A stretch of 64,000 bases of DNA from an uncultured Coxiellaceae bacterium. Its GTDB lineage: Bacteria; Pseudomonadota; Gammaproteobacteria; DSM-16500. Location: NCBI GenBank assembly GCA_964492045.1, contig CAZBHW010000012.1, forward strand, positions 14,431 to 78,430. The letters are read 5' to 3'. The position numbers and the translations under genes were made by a program. Shown one piece after another: positions 18,405 through 27,448 of the stretch (position 1 is the first letter of the stretch; each line of letters starts with the position of its first letter). The notes beneath the pieces were generated by a model, which saw nothing but the letters and a program-made list of their open reading frames with translations, ran no database searches and had not been told where the DNA came from.

Positions 18405-21071
18405 TCAGCAAGAGTCTTTTATAAATACGCTATCCATATTAAACTGGCCTGAATTTTCCTGCCTTTTCATGTGGCGTGTTGTACTCGCTCTTTTATATCT
18501 GCACATGGGGCAGTTTCTGCCTTGTGTTCTGTGAAGAATCGAATCCCGCCACTCGTGCCCACAATTACCTTTCCACCAAACAACTCTACCAGAACCTGGT
18601 GTGAAGTGCTCAGGGAGTAATTGGTCATTTTTAGATGAATGCCATTCATTTGCTAAAACAGGAAATAAATAATTTAAGGATTTATTATAATCAACATGCT
18701 TTCGTTTTGAATAGTAATCATTGAAATGCGATGTCGCTATCCACTCATCTTTTGCCATGTACATGTTTATCTTTTCTAAAATTATCGGAGGGATACAATC
18801 ATTATTCTTTAAAATTATATTTAGTATTTGCTTGATTGTTGAGATATTCATCTCTCTTTTTTTAACAGAAATATCATTTGCACCTAAAATGGGAAGGCCT
18901 TCTTCTCTTATCCTTATCAGGAATATGCTTGCAGTCAGTGCTAAATACTTTTCTTGATCTTTTTCATGCTTGTCTTGGTGCCAATATACGCCGTCAAATT
19001 CAATACCGATATTAAATTCAGGGATGAAGATATCGACTTCGCGCTTATTGATAATAACCCTGTGTTCTACATTCTCGAATATTGCTTTCAATTCACAAAA
19101 TATTCTTAACTCTGGTATAGAGTATGCTGGATTGCATTTAGGGCATCCGGTGCCTTGCGTTCTGTGATTTATAGCCGCTAACCACTCATGATCATCACCT
19201 TTTGGGCATTTCCACCAAACTTTTTTGGCTGTACCAGGCATAACATCATATGCAGTAAGTGTTCCATTTTTCGCTGAGTGCCATTGTTCAGCGACCAGAG
19301 GATAACGTGTTGCTAGACAGTTAGATTTTGCAAGTTTTTGCCCTGCACAAATAGGGCAACCATTTCCACTTGCTCTATTGTTAAGTGTTGCTTTCCACTC
19401 ATGATCGTCGCCTTTGTGACATTTCCACCATATCATTTTATTTGCGCTAGGTAAGACATCAAATGGTGTAAGCTTTCCATTTTTAGTTGGATGCCATTCC
19501 TTAGCTAGTCTTGGATTAGCTGCTCCTAAGCAATTAGATATAGCCACTTTCTGATTGGAGCATATTGGACAGCCTATTCCTTTATTACGATTTGCAATAA
19601 CTGCATCCCATTCATGGTCATCGCCTTTTGGGCACTTCCACCAAACTTTTTTTCCCGAACTCGGTGTCACTGTGTAGGGAGTTAAAACGCCATTCTTCGT
19701 GGGATGCCATTCATTCGCGAGTTTTGGATTTAACGTCGCTAAACAATTCGAGTTAACCACTACTTGGCTTGCACATACTCCGCAGCCATGACCATTTGAT
19801 CTACTTACTACACTCGCTTGCCAAACATGATCATCCCCTTTTGGGCATACCCACCAAGCTTTTTTTAATGAACCAAGAGTAACTTTATTAGGTGTTAACA
19901 TCCTATTCTTTGTTGGGTGCCATTCACTAGCAAGTTTAGGATTTAGTGTCGCTAGGCAATTTGATTTGACGACTTTCTTATTTGAGCAGATTGGACAACC
20001 TGTCCCGTTGTTTCGATCTTCAACAGTGGCTTGCCAAACATGATCCTCACCTATTGAACATTTCCACCATACTTTTTTACATGATCCAGGAATTATTTCG
20101 AAGGGGGTTAATTCCCCATTTTTGGTAGGATGCCATTCACTGGCAAGGTTCGGATTTAATGTTGCTAAACAATTTGATTGAACGACAACTTTGTTACTGC
20201 AGACACCACAGCCATGACCCTTGCTTCTGGTTTTAACGGCTGCTTGCCATACATGATCAGTGCTTTTCGAGCATTGCCACCATGCAACTTTGTCGGAAAA
20301 GGGGGTTACATCATATGGTGTAAATGCCCCGTTTTTTGTGGGGTGCCACTCCTTTGCTAATTCAGGATGTAACGTTGCAAAACAATTAGACCAAACTGCT
20401 TTCAGGCCAGCGCAAATGGGACAGCCTGTTCCCTGGCTTCTATTTGAAACCATTGTTTGCCACTCGTGATCATCGCCATTTGGACATTTCCACCAAACTC
20501 TCTTGTGTGAGCCAGCTACAACATCTCGTGGGGTTAGCGTTCCATTTTTAGTAGGGTGCCATTCACTAGCTAATACCGGATTCGTAACAGAGAGACAATT
20601 TGAGTCTGAGACTCTCTTGCCTGAGCATATCGGGCAACCATTGCCTCCCGTTCTTTTAGAAATTACCGCGTCCCACTCATGATCATTATTTACCTGACAT
20701 CTCCACCAAGCTTTTCTATGTGACCCAGGTAGAACATCTTGCGGAGTTAGAGTTCCATTTTTAGTCGGGTGCCATTCATCAGCTAATTTAGGGTTAACGG
20801 TTGCCAAGCAGTTAGACATAACAATTTTTTTACCAGAACAGATAGGGCACCCTTTGCCTTGACTTCTGTTAGAAATCATGGCCTGCCATTCATGATCATC
20901 ACCCTTTGAGCACTTCCACCAGGCGATGTCTTTTGAGTATGCGGATACATGAAATGGGCTAAGCGCCCCATTTTTAGTTGGATGCCATTCTTTGACCAGT
21001 TGTGGGTTCTTTGGTACAAAATTAGATTTAATCATGCGCGTATGAATACCAAATGACGCAAAGTTCGGCAA
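18405..21071 (-). CDS. zinc-ribbon (DUF4379-like treble-clef) repeat protein with an embedded PD-(D/E)XK / Vsr-DUF559-like nuclease motif
   Basis: 888-aa ORF. Nine consecutive 71-aa repeats match EWHPTKNGxLTPxxVxxGSxKKVWWKCxKGDDHEWxAxVxxRxxGxGCPICSG. They are followed by REVDIFIPEFNIGIEFDGVYWH and a tenth zinc ribbon (EWHSSKN...CPMC). The track start is TTG at 21069-21071. The first in-frame ATG is at 21035. Confidence 0.8.
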   Translation of the reverse strand: MPNFASFGIHTRMIKSNFVPKNPQLVKEWHPTKNGALSPFHVSAYSKDIAWWKCSKGDDHEWQAMISNRSQGKGCPICSGKKIVMSNCLATVNPKLADEWHPTKNGTLTPQDVLPGSHRKAWWRCQVNNDHEWDAVISKRTGGNGCPICSGKRVSDSNCLSVTNPVLASEWHPTKNGTLTPRDVVAGSHKRVWWKCPNGDDHEWQTMVSNRSQGTGCPICAGLKAVWSNCFATLHPELAKEWHPTKNGAFTPYDVTPFSDKVAWWQCSKSTDHVWQAAVKTRSKGHGCGVCSNKVVVQSNCLATLNPNLASEWHPTKNGELTPFEIIPGSCKKVWWKCSIGEDHVWQATVEDRNNGTGCPICSNKKVVKSNCLATLNPKLASEWHPTKNRMLTPNKVTLGSLKKAWWVCPKGDDHVWQASVVSRSNGHGCGVCASQVVVNSNCLATLNPKLANEWHPTKNGVLTPYTVTPSSGKKVWWKCPKGDDHEWDAVIANRNKGIGCPICSNQKVAISNCLGAANPRLAKEWHPTKNGKLTPFDVLPSANKMIWWKCHKGDDHEWKATLNNRASGNGCPICAGQKLAKSNCLATRYPLVAEQWHSAKNGTLTAYDVMPGTAKKVWWKCPKGDDHEWLAAINHRTQGTGCPKCNPAYSIPELRIFCELKAIFENVEHRVIINKREVDIFIPEFNIGIEFDGVYWHQDKHEKDQEKYLALTASIFLIRIREEGLPILGANDISVKKREMNISTIKQILNIILKNNDCIPPIILEKINMYMAKDEWIATSHFNDYYSKRKHVDYNKSLNYLFPVLANEWHSSKNDQLLPEHFTPGSGRVVWWKGNCGHEWRDSILHRTQGRNCPMCRYKRASTTRHMKRQENSGQFNMDSVFIKDSC
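19107..20999 (-). repeat. coding tandem repeat, 9 units of 213 bp (71 aa), diverged
   Basis: The period was established by counting residues between successive EWHPTKNG motifs. The units are roughly half to two-thirds identical at the protein level by eye. Confidence 0.8.
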
Positions 21072-21112
21072 GCCATAGTGGTTATCGAATTTGTGGGCTC
21101 GGGATTTATTGA

Positions 21113-21117
21113 ATTTC
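21113..21117. repeat. left copy of the 5-bp target-site duplication ATTTC
   Basis: atttc immediately precedes the TGTCATTTG terminus. An identical pentamer lies at 30193-30197. Confidence 0.75.
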
Positions 21118-21246
21118 TGTCATTTGCCAAAGAGGAGTTCAGCAAAATTGTGTAATTATAGGGTATATTTTGTCAAAGACAAGTTCAGCATTGACAGAGA
21201 GGGGTTCCTTAACTAGCATTCCTGCCAAAGAAGAGTTCTGCAAATT
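21118..21246 (+). repeat. left transposon end: three spaced direct copies of an about 22-bp putative transposase-binding site
   Basis: The three copies are tgccaaagaggagttcagcaaa (21125-21146), tgtcaaagacaagttcagcatt (21171-21192) and tgccaaagaagagttctgcaaa (21223-21244). Confidence 0.7.
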
Positions 21247-21258
21247 CAGGGGCAACAA

Positions 21259-23103
21259 ATGGAGTTCGGGATACGGCAAGGTGATATCGTTATGTATGAC
21301 GATATGAAATACAGAATTAAATCCCCATTAAGCCTGGAACGAGTGCTGATGGAGTCAGTAGATACCGGAGAATCAAAATCAGCTAATTTATCAGATCTAC
21401 GTCCTGTTGCCATCGAAGAGCAACGGCCAAACAAAGTTTGTGTTGTATCCGTATCATCTGAAGCCTGGGCAGAGGCAAAAAAACGTGAAGAGGCTATCAA
21501 GGAATTTGTATCTTGTGTTTGTTCTAGGCTGGACGCTGAAAATATAGGTGAAAAGTTAGGTATTACTGGGCGTCAGGTTTACAAACTGATTCAGCGTTAT
21601 CAAAAATCTGGGTGCAAACTGAATGCACTACTACCTGTACAGCCTGATGGAGGAAGCGGTAAGAGCCGCATTAATAATGAAATAGAACAAATTATCCAGG
21701 CGACGATTGATGAGCTTTATCTTACAAGGCAAAAGTATAAAATTAGTATAGTTGTCGAAGAAATTTTACGGCGCTGTCATTATGCTAATTTACAACGCCC
21801 ATCCGAAAGAACCATTCGTAGAAGAATTAACAATATTGCAGCTAAACTAGTCGTTGCTAAGAGAGAAGGTGCTAAAATTGCAAGAAATAAATATTCACCA
21901 ATATTTGGAGAATTCCCAGAAGTAACCAGTCCCCTGAAAGTGGTTCAGATTGATCATACACCAGTTGATGTAATCATCGTTGATGAAATCCTCAGAAAAC
22001 CGATTGGTCGTCCTTATTTAACTATAGCTATCGATGTTTTCAGTCGCTGTATTACAGGATTTTGCTTGTCGCTGGAACCACCATCTGCTGTATCCGTAGG
22101 TCTTTGCCTGACTCACTCAGTCTTCGATAAAGATGCATGGCTTGCTGACAGAAATATTGTGGGTGCTTGGCCAATCTGGGGAAAACCAATGGTGATTTAT
22201 GTCGATAATGCGAAAGAGTTTCATAGTGAAGCATTGCAGAGAGGTTGTGATATTAATGGAATTCGTATTGAGTATCGACCATTAGCACAACCGCAGTATG
22301 GTGGTATTGTTGAGCGCGTTATTGGTACTATGATGCAATTAGTCCATCAATTGCCAGGTACCACTTTTTCCAATACAGCTGAACGTGGTGGTTATCAATC
22401 TGAAAAAAATGCAGCGCTAACATTAACAGAGTTAGAGCATTGGCTAACAATTGCAATTACAGAATATTATCATCAAAAAATTCATGGTGGTCTGTGTGCA
22501 CCACCAATTGCAATGTATACGGCGGGTATTTTAGGAGATGAGAATCGTATAGGTTGTGGTTATCCGCCACGTATTCATAACAAGCGTGGTTTTTTAATTG
22601 ATTTCTTACCCATTGAAAGACGTACGATTCAGCGGCATGGTTTTATGCTGGATCACATTTCATATTATAGCAACGCATTGTCACCGATGATTGCAAATCG
22701 TAAAAAGCATGAACAATATATTATTCGGCGTGATCCACGCAATATAAGTTGTATATATGTCCTTGACAAGCGAAGTAATGAATATCTGGAAATTCCATAC
22801 CGTACGCTATCAAGGCCTACCATTACATTATGGGAGCATCGTCAAGCATTAAAGTATTTACGTGAAAAGGGATTAAAGCAACAAGATGAAAACCTAATAT
22901 TTCAAGCTGTCGAAAAGTTACGAATGATTACTGATAGCGCTGTTGCTAATAGCAAGCAAGCGCGGCGTCAACATGAAAGAGCGAAAAATTTATCTTATGT
23001 GATAAAAAAAGAAGACTCAGTTGAGAAAGATAATGAGCCAATTGTTTCCGAAGCTGACAATTACAAGTCGGCTAAAAGATTTGAGGATATTGAAATATGG
23101 TAG
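21259..23103 (+). CDS. tniA: TniA/TnsB-type DDE (Mu-like, rve) transposase
   Basis: 614 aa with a DDE context: VVQIDHTPVDV, VIYVDNAKEFHS, GGIVERVIGT. It starts 13 bp after the last end repeat. Confidence 0.85.
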   Translation: MEFGIRQGDIVMYDDMKYRIKSPLSLERVLMESVDTGESKSANLSDLRPVAIEEQRPNKVCVVSVSSEAWAEAKKREEAIKEFVSCVCSRLDAENIGEKLGITGRQVYKLIQRYQKSGCKLNALLPVQPDGGSGKSRINNEIEQIIQATIDELYLTRQKYKISIVVEEILRRCHYANLQRPSERTIRRRINNIAAKLVVAKREGAKIARNKYSPIFGEFPEVTSPLKVVQIDHTPVDVIIVDEILRKPIGRPYLTIAIDVFSRCITGFCLSLEPPSAVSVGLCLTHSVFDKDAWLADRNIVGAWPIWGKPMVIYVDNAKEFHSEALQRGCDINGIRIEYRPLAQPQYGGIVERVIGTMMQLVHQLPGTTFSNTAERGGYQSEKNAALTLTELEHWLTIAITEYYHQKIHGGLCAPPIAMYTAGILGDENRIGCGYPPRIHNKRGFLIDFLPIERRTIQRHGFMLDHISYYSNALSPMIANRKKHEQYIIRRDPRNISCIYVLDKRSNEYLEIPYRTLSRPTITLWEHRQALKYLREKGLKQQDENLIFQAVEKLRMITDSAVANSKQARRQHERAKNLSYVIKKEDSVEKDNEPIVSEADNYKSAKRFEDIEIW

Positions 23104-24041
23104 AGGAAAGTCCTGATCATCTCATACCTGAGATTAGAAATTTATTGAAACTGAGTCAGCCTGAACGAATTGAGTATATTCAGAGAGACAATTGGATTGG
23201 ATACACTAGGGCAATTGAAGCATCACTTAAACTCCACGAGTTATATTCTTACCCGCAGCGACAGCGCATGCCAAATATTTTAATCATTGGGCCAACTAAT
23301 AATGGAAAAACAATGATTATCGAAAAATTCTGCCGAGTTCATAAACCGATCGTTAAAAGACAACACATCGAAGTTGATATATATGATTTAGGCGAGCAAA
23401 ACTTGCTTGAAGAAATGCCAGTGGTATCAGTACAAATGCCACCATCACCTGATACGAGACGTTTTTATTTGGCGATACTTGAAAAATTTAAAATGCAGAA
23501 TGTATATATTCGTTATCACACTGGCCCGCTAGAAATCACAATTATTTCTCTATTTAAAAAATTTAAAGTAAAAATGTTATTGATTGATGAAATTCACAAT
23601 ATTCTCGCTGGCCGAAATGATAAACAACGCGAGTTTCTAAATGTATTGCGATTTCTTGGGAATGAATTAAAAATTCCACTAGTGTGTGTTGGCACTAAAG
23701 ATGCGTACTTGGCAATTCGTAGTGATCCGCAATTAGAAAATAGATTTGAACCTTTCCCATTGCCATTATGGAAAGCTGGTCGTGAATACGATTCTTTATT
23801 ATCTAGTATAGTAGCAGTTTTGCCGCTAAAGAAACCTTCTAAATTAAATATGCCATCTATCTCAGAAAATATTTTGGCAAAGAGCGAAGGCATTCTTGGG
23901 GAAATGTTCACTTTACTTCGTCGTGCAGCTATTAGTGCTATTCGTACTGGAAAGGAAGAAATAGATGAGATGGCTTTAAGGTTAGCTGATTATTATTCCC
24001 CATCAGAACGAAGACAGCTATTTGAGCGAAATATTGCCTAA
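23097..24041 (+). CDS. tniB: TniB/TnsC-type AAA+ ATPase transposition protein
   Basis: 314 aa with Walker A GPTNNGKT and Walker B LLIDEIHNIL. It overlaps tniA by 7 nt. Confidence 0.85.
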   Translation: MVEESPDHLIPEIRNLLKLSQPERIEYIQRDNWIGYTRAIEASLKLHELYSYPQRQRMPNILIIGPTNNGKTMIIEKFCRVHKPIVKRQHIEVDIYDLGEQNLLEEMPVVSVQMPPSPDTRRFYLAILEKFKMQNVYIRYHTGPLEITIISLFKKFKVKMLLIDEIHNILAGRNDKQREFLNVLRFLGNELKIPLVCVGTKDAYLAIRSDPQLENRFEPFPLPLWKAGREYDSLLSSIVAVLPLKKPSKLNMPSISENILAKSEGILGEMFTLLRRAAISAIRTGKEEIDEMALRLADYYSPSERRQLFERNIA

Positions 24042-24248
24042 GTGATTTCTTACTATATTTAGCAACATGAGTTATTCGATAAGTTAAAACAACTGCATGA
24101 CTTCTCACTCTTATTGTGAGTATCACAAAGGATATTGTCTCATTATTATGCTGAGTTAAATTTATTGAATATTGTATATGGTGCTTAAAATACAGGCTGT
24201 TCTATTACACGAATTTACTAGCTGAGCATAATATTAATATCAGTATAA

Positions 24249-24482
24249 TTTCTTTTATGCGGATCTCCGCATAACCGAAAGGGCTGGCTTTTTGCTGACA
24301 ACATTGCTGGCGCTGAAGTTGCTGCGACCTTATTTAGCTTACTTGAGACATTCAAATACCATGACATTGAGCCTTATGATTGGCCTCGGTATGCGTTACA
24401 GCAAATGCCGCTGCGCCAGTCCGACGATAAAATCGAAGCTCTGTTGCTATTCAATAACGATCGCGCGTTGATCGCTAGATGA
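24249..24482 (+). pseudogene. IS66-family transposase C-terminal remnant
   Basis: My translation reads ...HNRKGWLFADNIAGAEVAATLFSLLETFKYHDIEPYDWPRYALQQMPLRQSDDKIEALLLFNN...*, which matches the conserved IS66 Tnp tail (KNWLF...YSLIET.K.NG.EPY.YL..VL..LP). No N-terminal portion or start codon is present. Confidence 0.7.
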
Positions 24483-24629
24483 GCTAGTGACGGGTAGTTG
24501 ATTTAGCGGATACATTGCAAGCATTAAATTGGTCATGCCCAAACTGATTCGCAGCTGATTTTTTACTTGACCTGAATAAAGTATTCGCATGACAATGCGA
24601 GCTTAAATAATTCATTGGAGACGATCTCT

Positions 24630-25037
24630 ATGTCCATTAAAAAAACACTATTCATGATCACCGCGACCATACTTGCCGCCATCCCATTTCAAGCGCAAGC
24701 CGGTGATTTAATCGCCAATAACCGCACAAATTATGATTCCACCCTGATCACAAATGGTGCAGTTTGCTCCACCATTTTGGGTGAAATCGGCATTGCACGC
24801 GCACACACCGAAGGCAATGTTATCCCGGATCGCAAAGTCAGATTAGCTTGCGGCGCGCACAAACGTGATTGTGTTGCTGCCGTTAAAATGACAGCAAATT
24901 GCTCCGGCAGAACAATTGCAACAGTAGTATTCGATGTTGACGCTGGCATTATCAGCGTCACACCAGAAGCAGGTGAAACTCAGTTCAAAATTACCGGCAG
25001 TGGCTTTACATCAACAGTTGAACAGTTAACCAAGTAA
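24630..25037 (+). CDS. small secreted protein (signal peptide, 4 Cys), unknown function
   Basis: The ATG at 24630 has a GGAG RBS. The signal peptide is MSIKKTLFMITATILAAIPFQAQA. A strong hairpin follows the gene. Confidence 0.65.
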   Translation: MSIKKTLFMITATILAAIPFQAQAGDLIANNRTNYDSTLITNGAVCSTILGEIGIARAHTEGNVIPDRKVRLACGAHKRDCVAAVKMTANCSGRTIATVVFDVDAGIISVTPEAGETQFKITGSGFTSTVEQLTK

Positions 25038-25048
25038 TCATCAAACTA

Positions 25049-25078
25049 TTTACCCTGCGCAATCTTGCGCAGGGTAAA
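25049..25078 (+). terminator. strong hairpin (about 13-bp stem) downstream of the secreted-protein gene
   Basis: tttaccctgcgcaa tc ttgcgcagggtaaa forms the stem. There is no clear U-tract, so the terminator function is tentative. Confidence 0.45.
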
Positions 25079-25237
25079 TCCATCCTCTAAATATTATCTT
25101 ATTATTAATTTTTATCTTCATTATTCTTTTGCCTGCAATATTTATTGCTAATTCCACTATAGGGCCCACTGTGAAGCTACGTCCTATAGAAACTAATTCA
25201 CAAATTTCAGAAATTAAAAAATGACACGGAGTATAGC

Positions 25238-25658
25238 ATGAAGCTTAAAAGTCTAGCGTTGCTGGGTGCAATGTCATTCAGCATTATTCCACTTGCAGCA
25301 TTTGCTGATCTCACCCTCACAAACAATAGCAACTCACCAGCAACAGCATCAGTAACTGGCAGTCCGTGTTCCAGTGCCGCAGGAAACATGGGAGTTCTAT
25401 AAGCCGCATGCCGGGAAAGTTGTTGTGAAAGATTGGATCTAGAACATGTATTGCAAGAACGGTTGCACTGGTCATGTTTACATGAGCAGAAACTGCAGCG
25501 GCAAGAGTATCGCAGAAGTGAGAGCAAGTACCAAAGAAGGCGTCACTGATGTTCAGGTTGCTGACGGTTCAGCTGATGGATACAAAATTGTTGGCCACGG
25601 TCAGAATGTTTCGATCGAAGGTGGTCCAAGCAGAAAATGGTATAAATTACTTTTCTAA
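25238..25658 (+). pseudogene. disrupted paralog of the 24630-25037 secreted protein
   Basis: The N-terminal piece MKLKSLALLGAMSFSIIPLAAFADLTLTNNSNSPATASVTGSPCSSAAGNMGVL ends at a stop at about 25400. The C-terminal piece (25446-25658) continues in another frame with CKNGCTGHVYMSRNCSGKSIAEV, paralleling CGAHKRDCVAAVKMTANCSGRTIATV. At least one frameshift plus an in-frame TAG lie between the pieces. Confidence 0.6.
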
Positions 25659-25708
25659 GATACTATCGAACAACATCATTCCCGCTAACGCGGGAATGAT
25701 GATTCAAG

Positions 25709-27019
25709 CTAAGCGAGATTCCACACCAACTGCGCGGCAAGAACATCGGCACTGCCATTCACACTACCATTTGTTGCAACAATTTCATCACCTGTTACCT
25801 GCGCTGGTGGTATGACGTGTGCTTTATTGATAAAGATATGCGTCCATCCCAAATCAAATCCGATGGTGGGTGTTGATTGAAAATGCCCACCAACTGCAAA
25901 AGCATAATGATCATTATCCGGCATTTTCACATTGCGATAAGTATTGCTCACCGGTGTTTGATCGTAACCAATACCGCCACGCAAGGTAATTTTATCAGTA
26001 ACAAAATAATCACCGCCCACAGAAACACTAAATGTATTATGAAAATGCTGGGGGATTGTTACCACAATACTTGTGCTCGGATCTGCAAATTCCAGACCCG
26101 CAACATTTTGCAAAATAAGATTTCGTATCGTATTCCATTGCGTGAAAATCACGCTGCCCATCACGGCAACCTGAGGATTTAATTTATGATATCCACTAAG
26201 CGCGGTATACGGCGGTAAAGTGATATTAAGCTTGGCTCTGCTGGATTTAATTGGTCCGTAATCACCTGCTAATGGGCCGCTAAACGCACTATCCCCGATA
26301 AGATGGTGGACCGCCTGAGAATGATAGCTTAAGCCAAAGCGTGAGTTTTCATTGATGTCATACATAATACCTGCATGCATGCCATAACCAGTATCATTAG
26401 CTGTGTTAATACCATCGCTATCCAGCTCTTTGTCGCCAAGTGTTGCCACCTGATCAAACTCGCCTTTCATCACCTGAATATCCGGGCCAATACCAAAGGC
26501 AAGCTTCTCACCAAGCTTAACAGATAATACAGGGCTGATATCGATGACTTGTACTGAAGTCTCAGTGGATGCATAGCGTAAAATGGTTGATGTTCCATAA
26601 CTCGTTTTCTGGCCAAATGGAACGGTGACACTAAAACCGAAAGCGACGACATCACTCAATGGTGCAACATAATGCAACGCTGGTATCAAACCATAACCGC
26701 CGCCTTGTGCCGTAACCGGCTGAGGAGCGCCAACCAGAATTGTATTCATGCCAACCGTGCCTGTGTATTTGAAACTTGTGAATACATTATCTGCAGCTAT
26801 AACTAGTTGTTGATCTTTGAATCGATTTAGGCCTGCTGGATTGTAAAACGCGGTACTGGCGTCGTATGCAGCTGCTGCATAGCCAGCGTGAAAATTAGCG
26901 ACATTGTTTGCATCTTGTTCCCATAATTGGAAAGCTGATGCCATGGCATGAGATGAAAATACTAACAAGCCCGAAACAGTTAGCGCAGCGGCCAATTTGC
27001 TAAGTTTAAAACAGCCCAT
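25709..27019 (-). CDS. FadL/TodX (OMPP1) family outer-membrane hydrophobic-compound transporter
   Basis: 436 aa with a signal peptide ending SSHAMASA and the N-terminal FQLWEQDANNVANFHAGYAA typical of FadL. It has a beta-barrel-like alternating pattern and an aromatic-rich C-terminus. Confidence 0.75.
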   Translation of the reverse strand: MGCFKLSKLAAALTVSGLLVFSSHAMASAFQLWEQDANNVANFHAGYAAAAYDASTAFYNPAGLNRFKDQQLVIAADNVFTSFKYTGTVGMNTILVGAPQPVTAQGGGYGLIPALHYVAPLSDVVAFGFSVTVPFGQKTSYGTSTILRYASTETSVQVIDISPVLSVKLGEKLAFGIGPDIQVMKGEFDQVATLGDKELDSDGINTANDTGYGMHAGIMYDINENSRFGLSYHSQAVHHLIGDSAFSGPLAGDYGPIKSSRAKLNITLPPYTALSGYHKLNPQVAVMGSVIFTQWNTIRNLILQNVAGLEFADPSTSIVVTIPQHFHNTFSVSVGGDYFVTDKITLRGGIGYDQTPVSNTYRNVKMPDNDHYAFAVGGHFQSTPTIGFDLGWTHIFINKAHVIPPAQVTGDEIVATNGSVNGSADVLAAQLVWNLA

Positions 27020-27127
27020 TGTTACCTCCTGACATGGAATATCCCGCCTTGGCGAGCTTGAAATAAATGGCTATAAGGATACCTTATCTGCACACCAAAA
27101 CAACTAATTCACCACACAGGAAATAAA

Positions 27128-27358
27128 ATGGCCGTGACACCGTCTAATATGCTGCCTTTGGGCACAAAATCACCTGATTTTTGTTTATTAGATACGCGAA
27201 CTGGCAAAGAATTATTACTTGATGAATTAAAATCTGAAAGCGCAACTGTGATTATGTTTATTTGTAATCACTGCCCGTATGTCATGCACATACAGAATAA
27301 GCCGGCAGAAGCTGTGCGGGAATATCAGAAAAAAATATCAGCGAACATGCTGATATAA
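27128..27358 (+). pseudogene. truncated thioredoxin-fold (redoxin/AhpC-TSA-like) gene
   Basis: The 76-aa ORF carries the CxxC motif (FICNHCPYV) but ends about 25 aa after it. Proteins of this fold are normally at least twice as long. Confidence 0.5.
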
Positions 27359-27448
27359 ATAGATCACATTGCCAGTGAATTACTTCATGCGGGTCAAGAA
27401 ATATTTAGCTGCATATAGGCGTTGGAATTACGAGCTGGATGCTTGGTA

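Noticed and set aside
19107-20999. The 213-bp tandem periodicity could be mistaken for a non-coding satellite or CRISPR-like array.
   Set aside because: The repeats are in one uninterrupted 888-codon frame, and the conserved positions are zinc ligands. The period (213 bp) and the divergence pattern fit protein-domain repeats.
24042-24614. I searched for a tniQ/tnsD-like or resolvase gene downstream of tniB.
   Set aside because: No ORF of adequate length exists here. The only coding-like frame is the IS66 transposase tail remnant.
25207-25527. A 106-aa minus-strand ORF lies in the region of the decayed secreted-protein paralog.
   Set aside because: It is antisense to a frame that shows clear paralogy to the neighbouring gene. 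It has a Cys/Ser/Arg-rich low-complexity translation, no RBS and no recognisable features.
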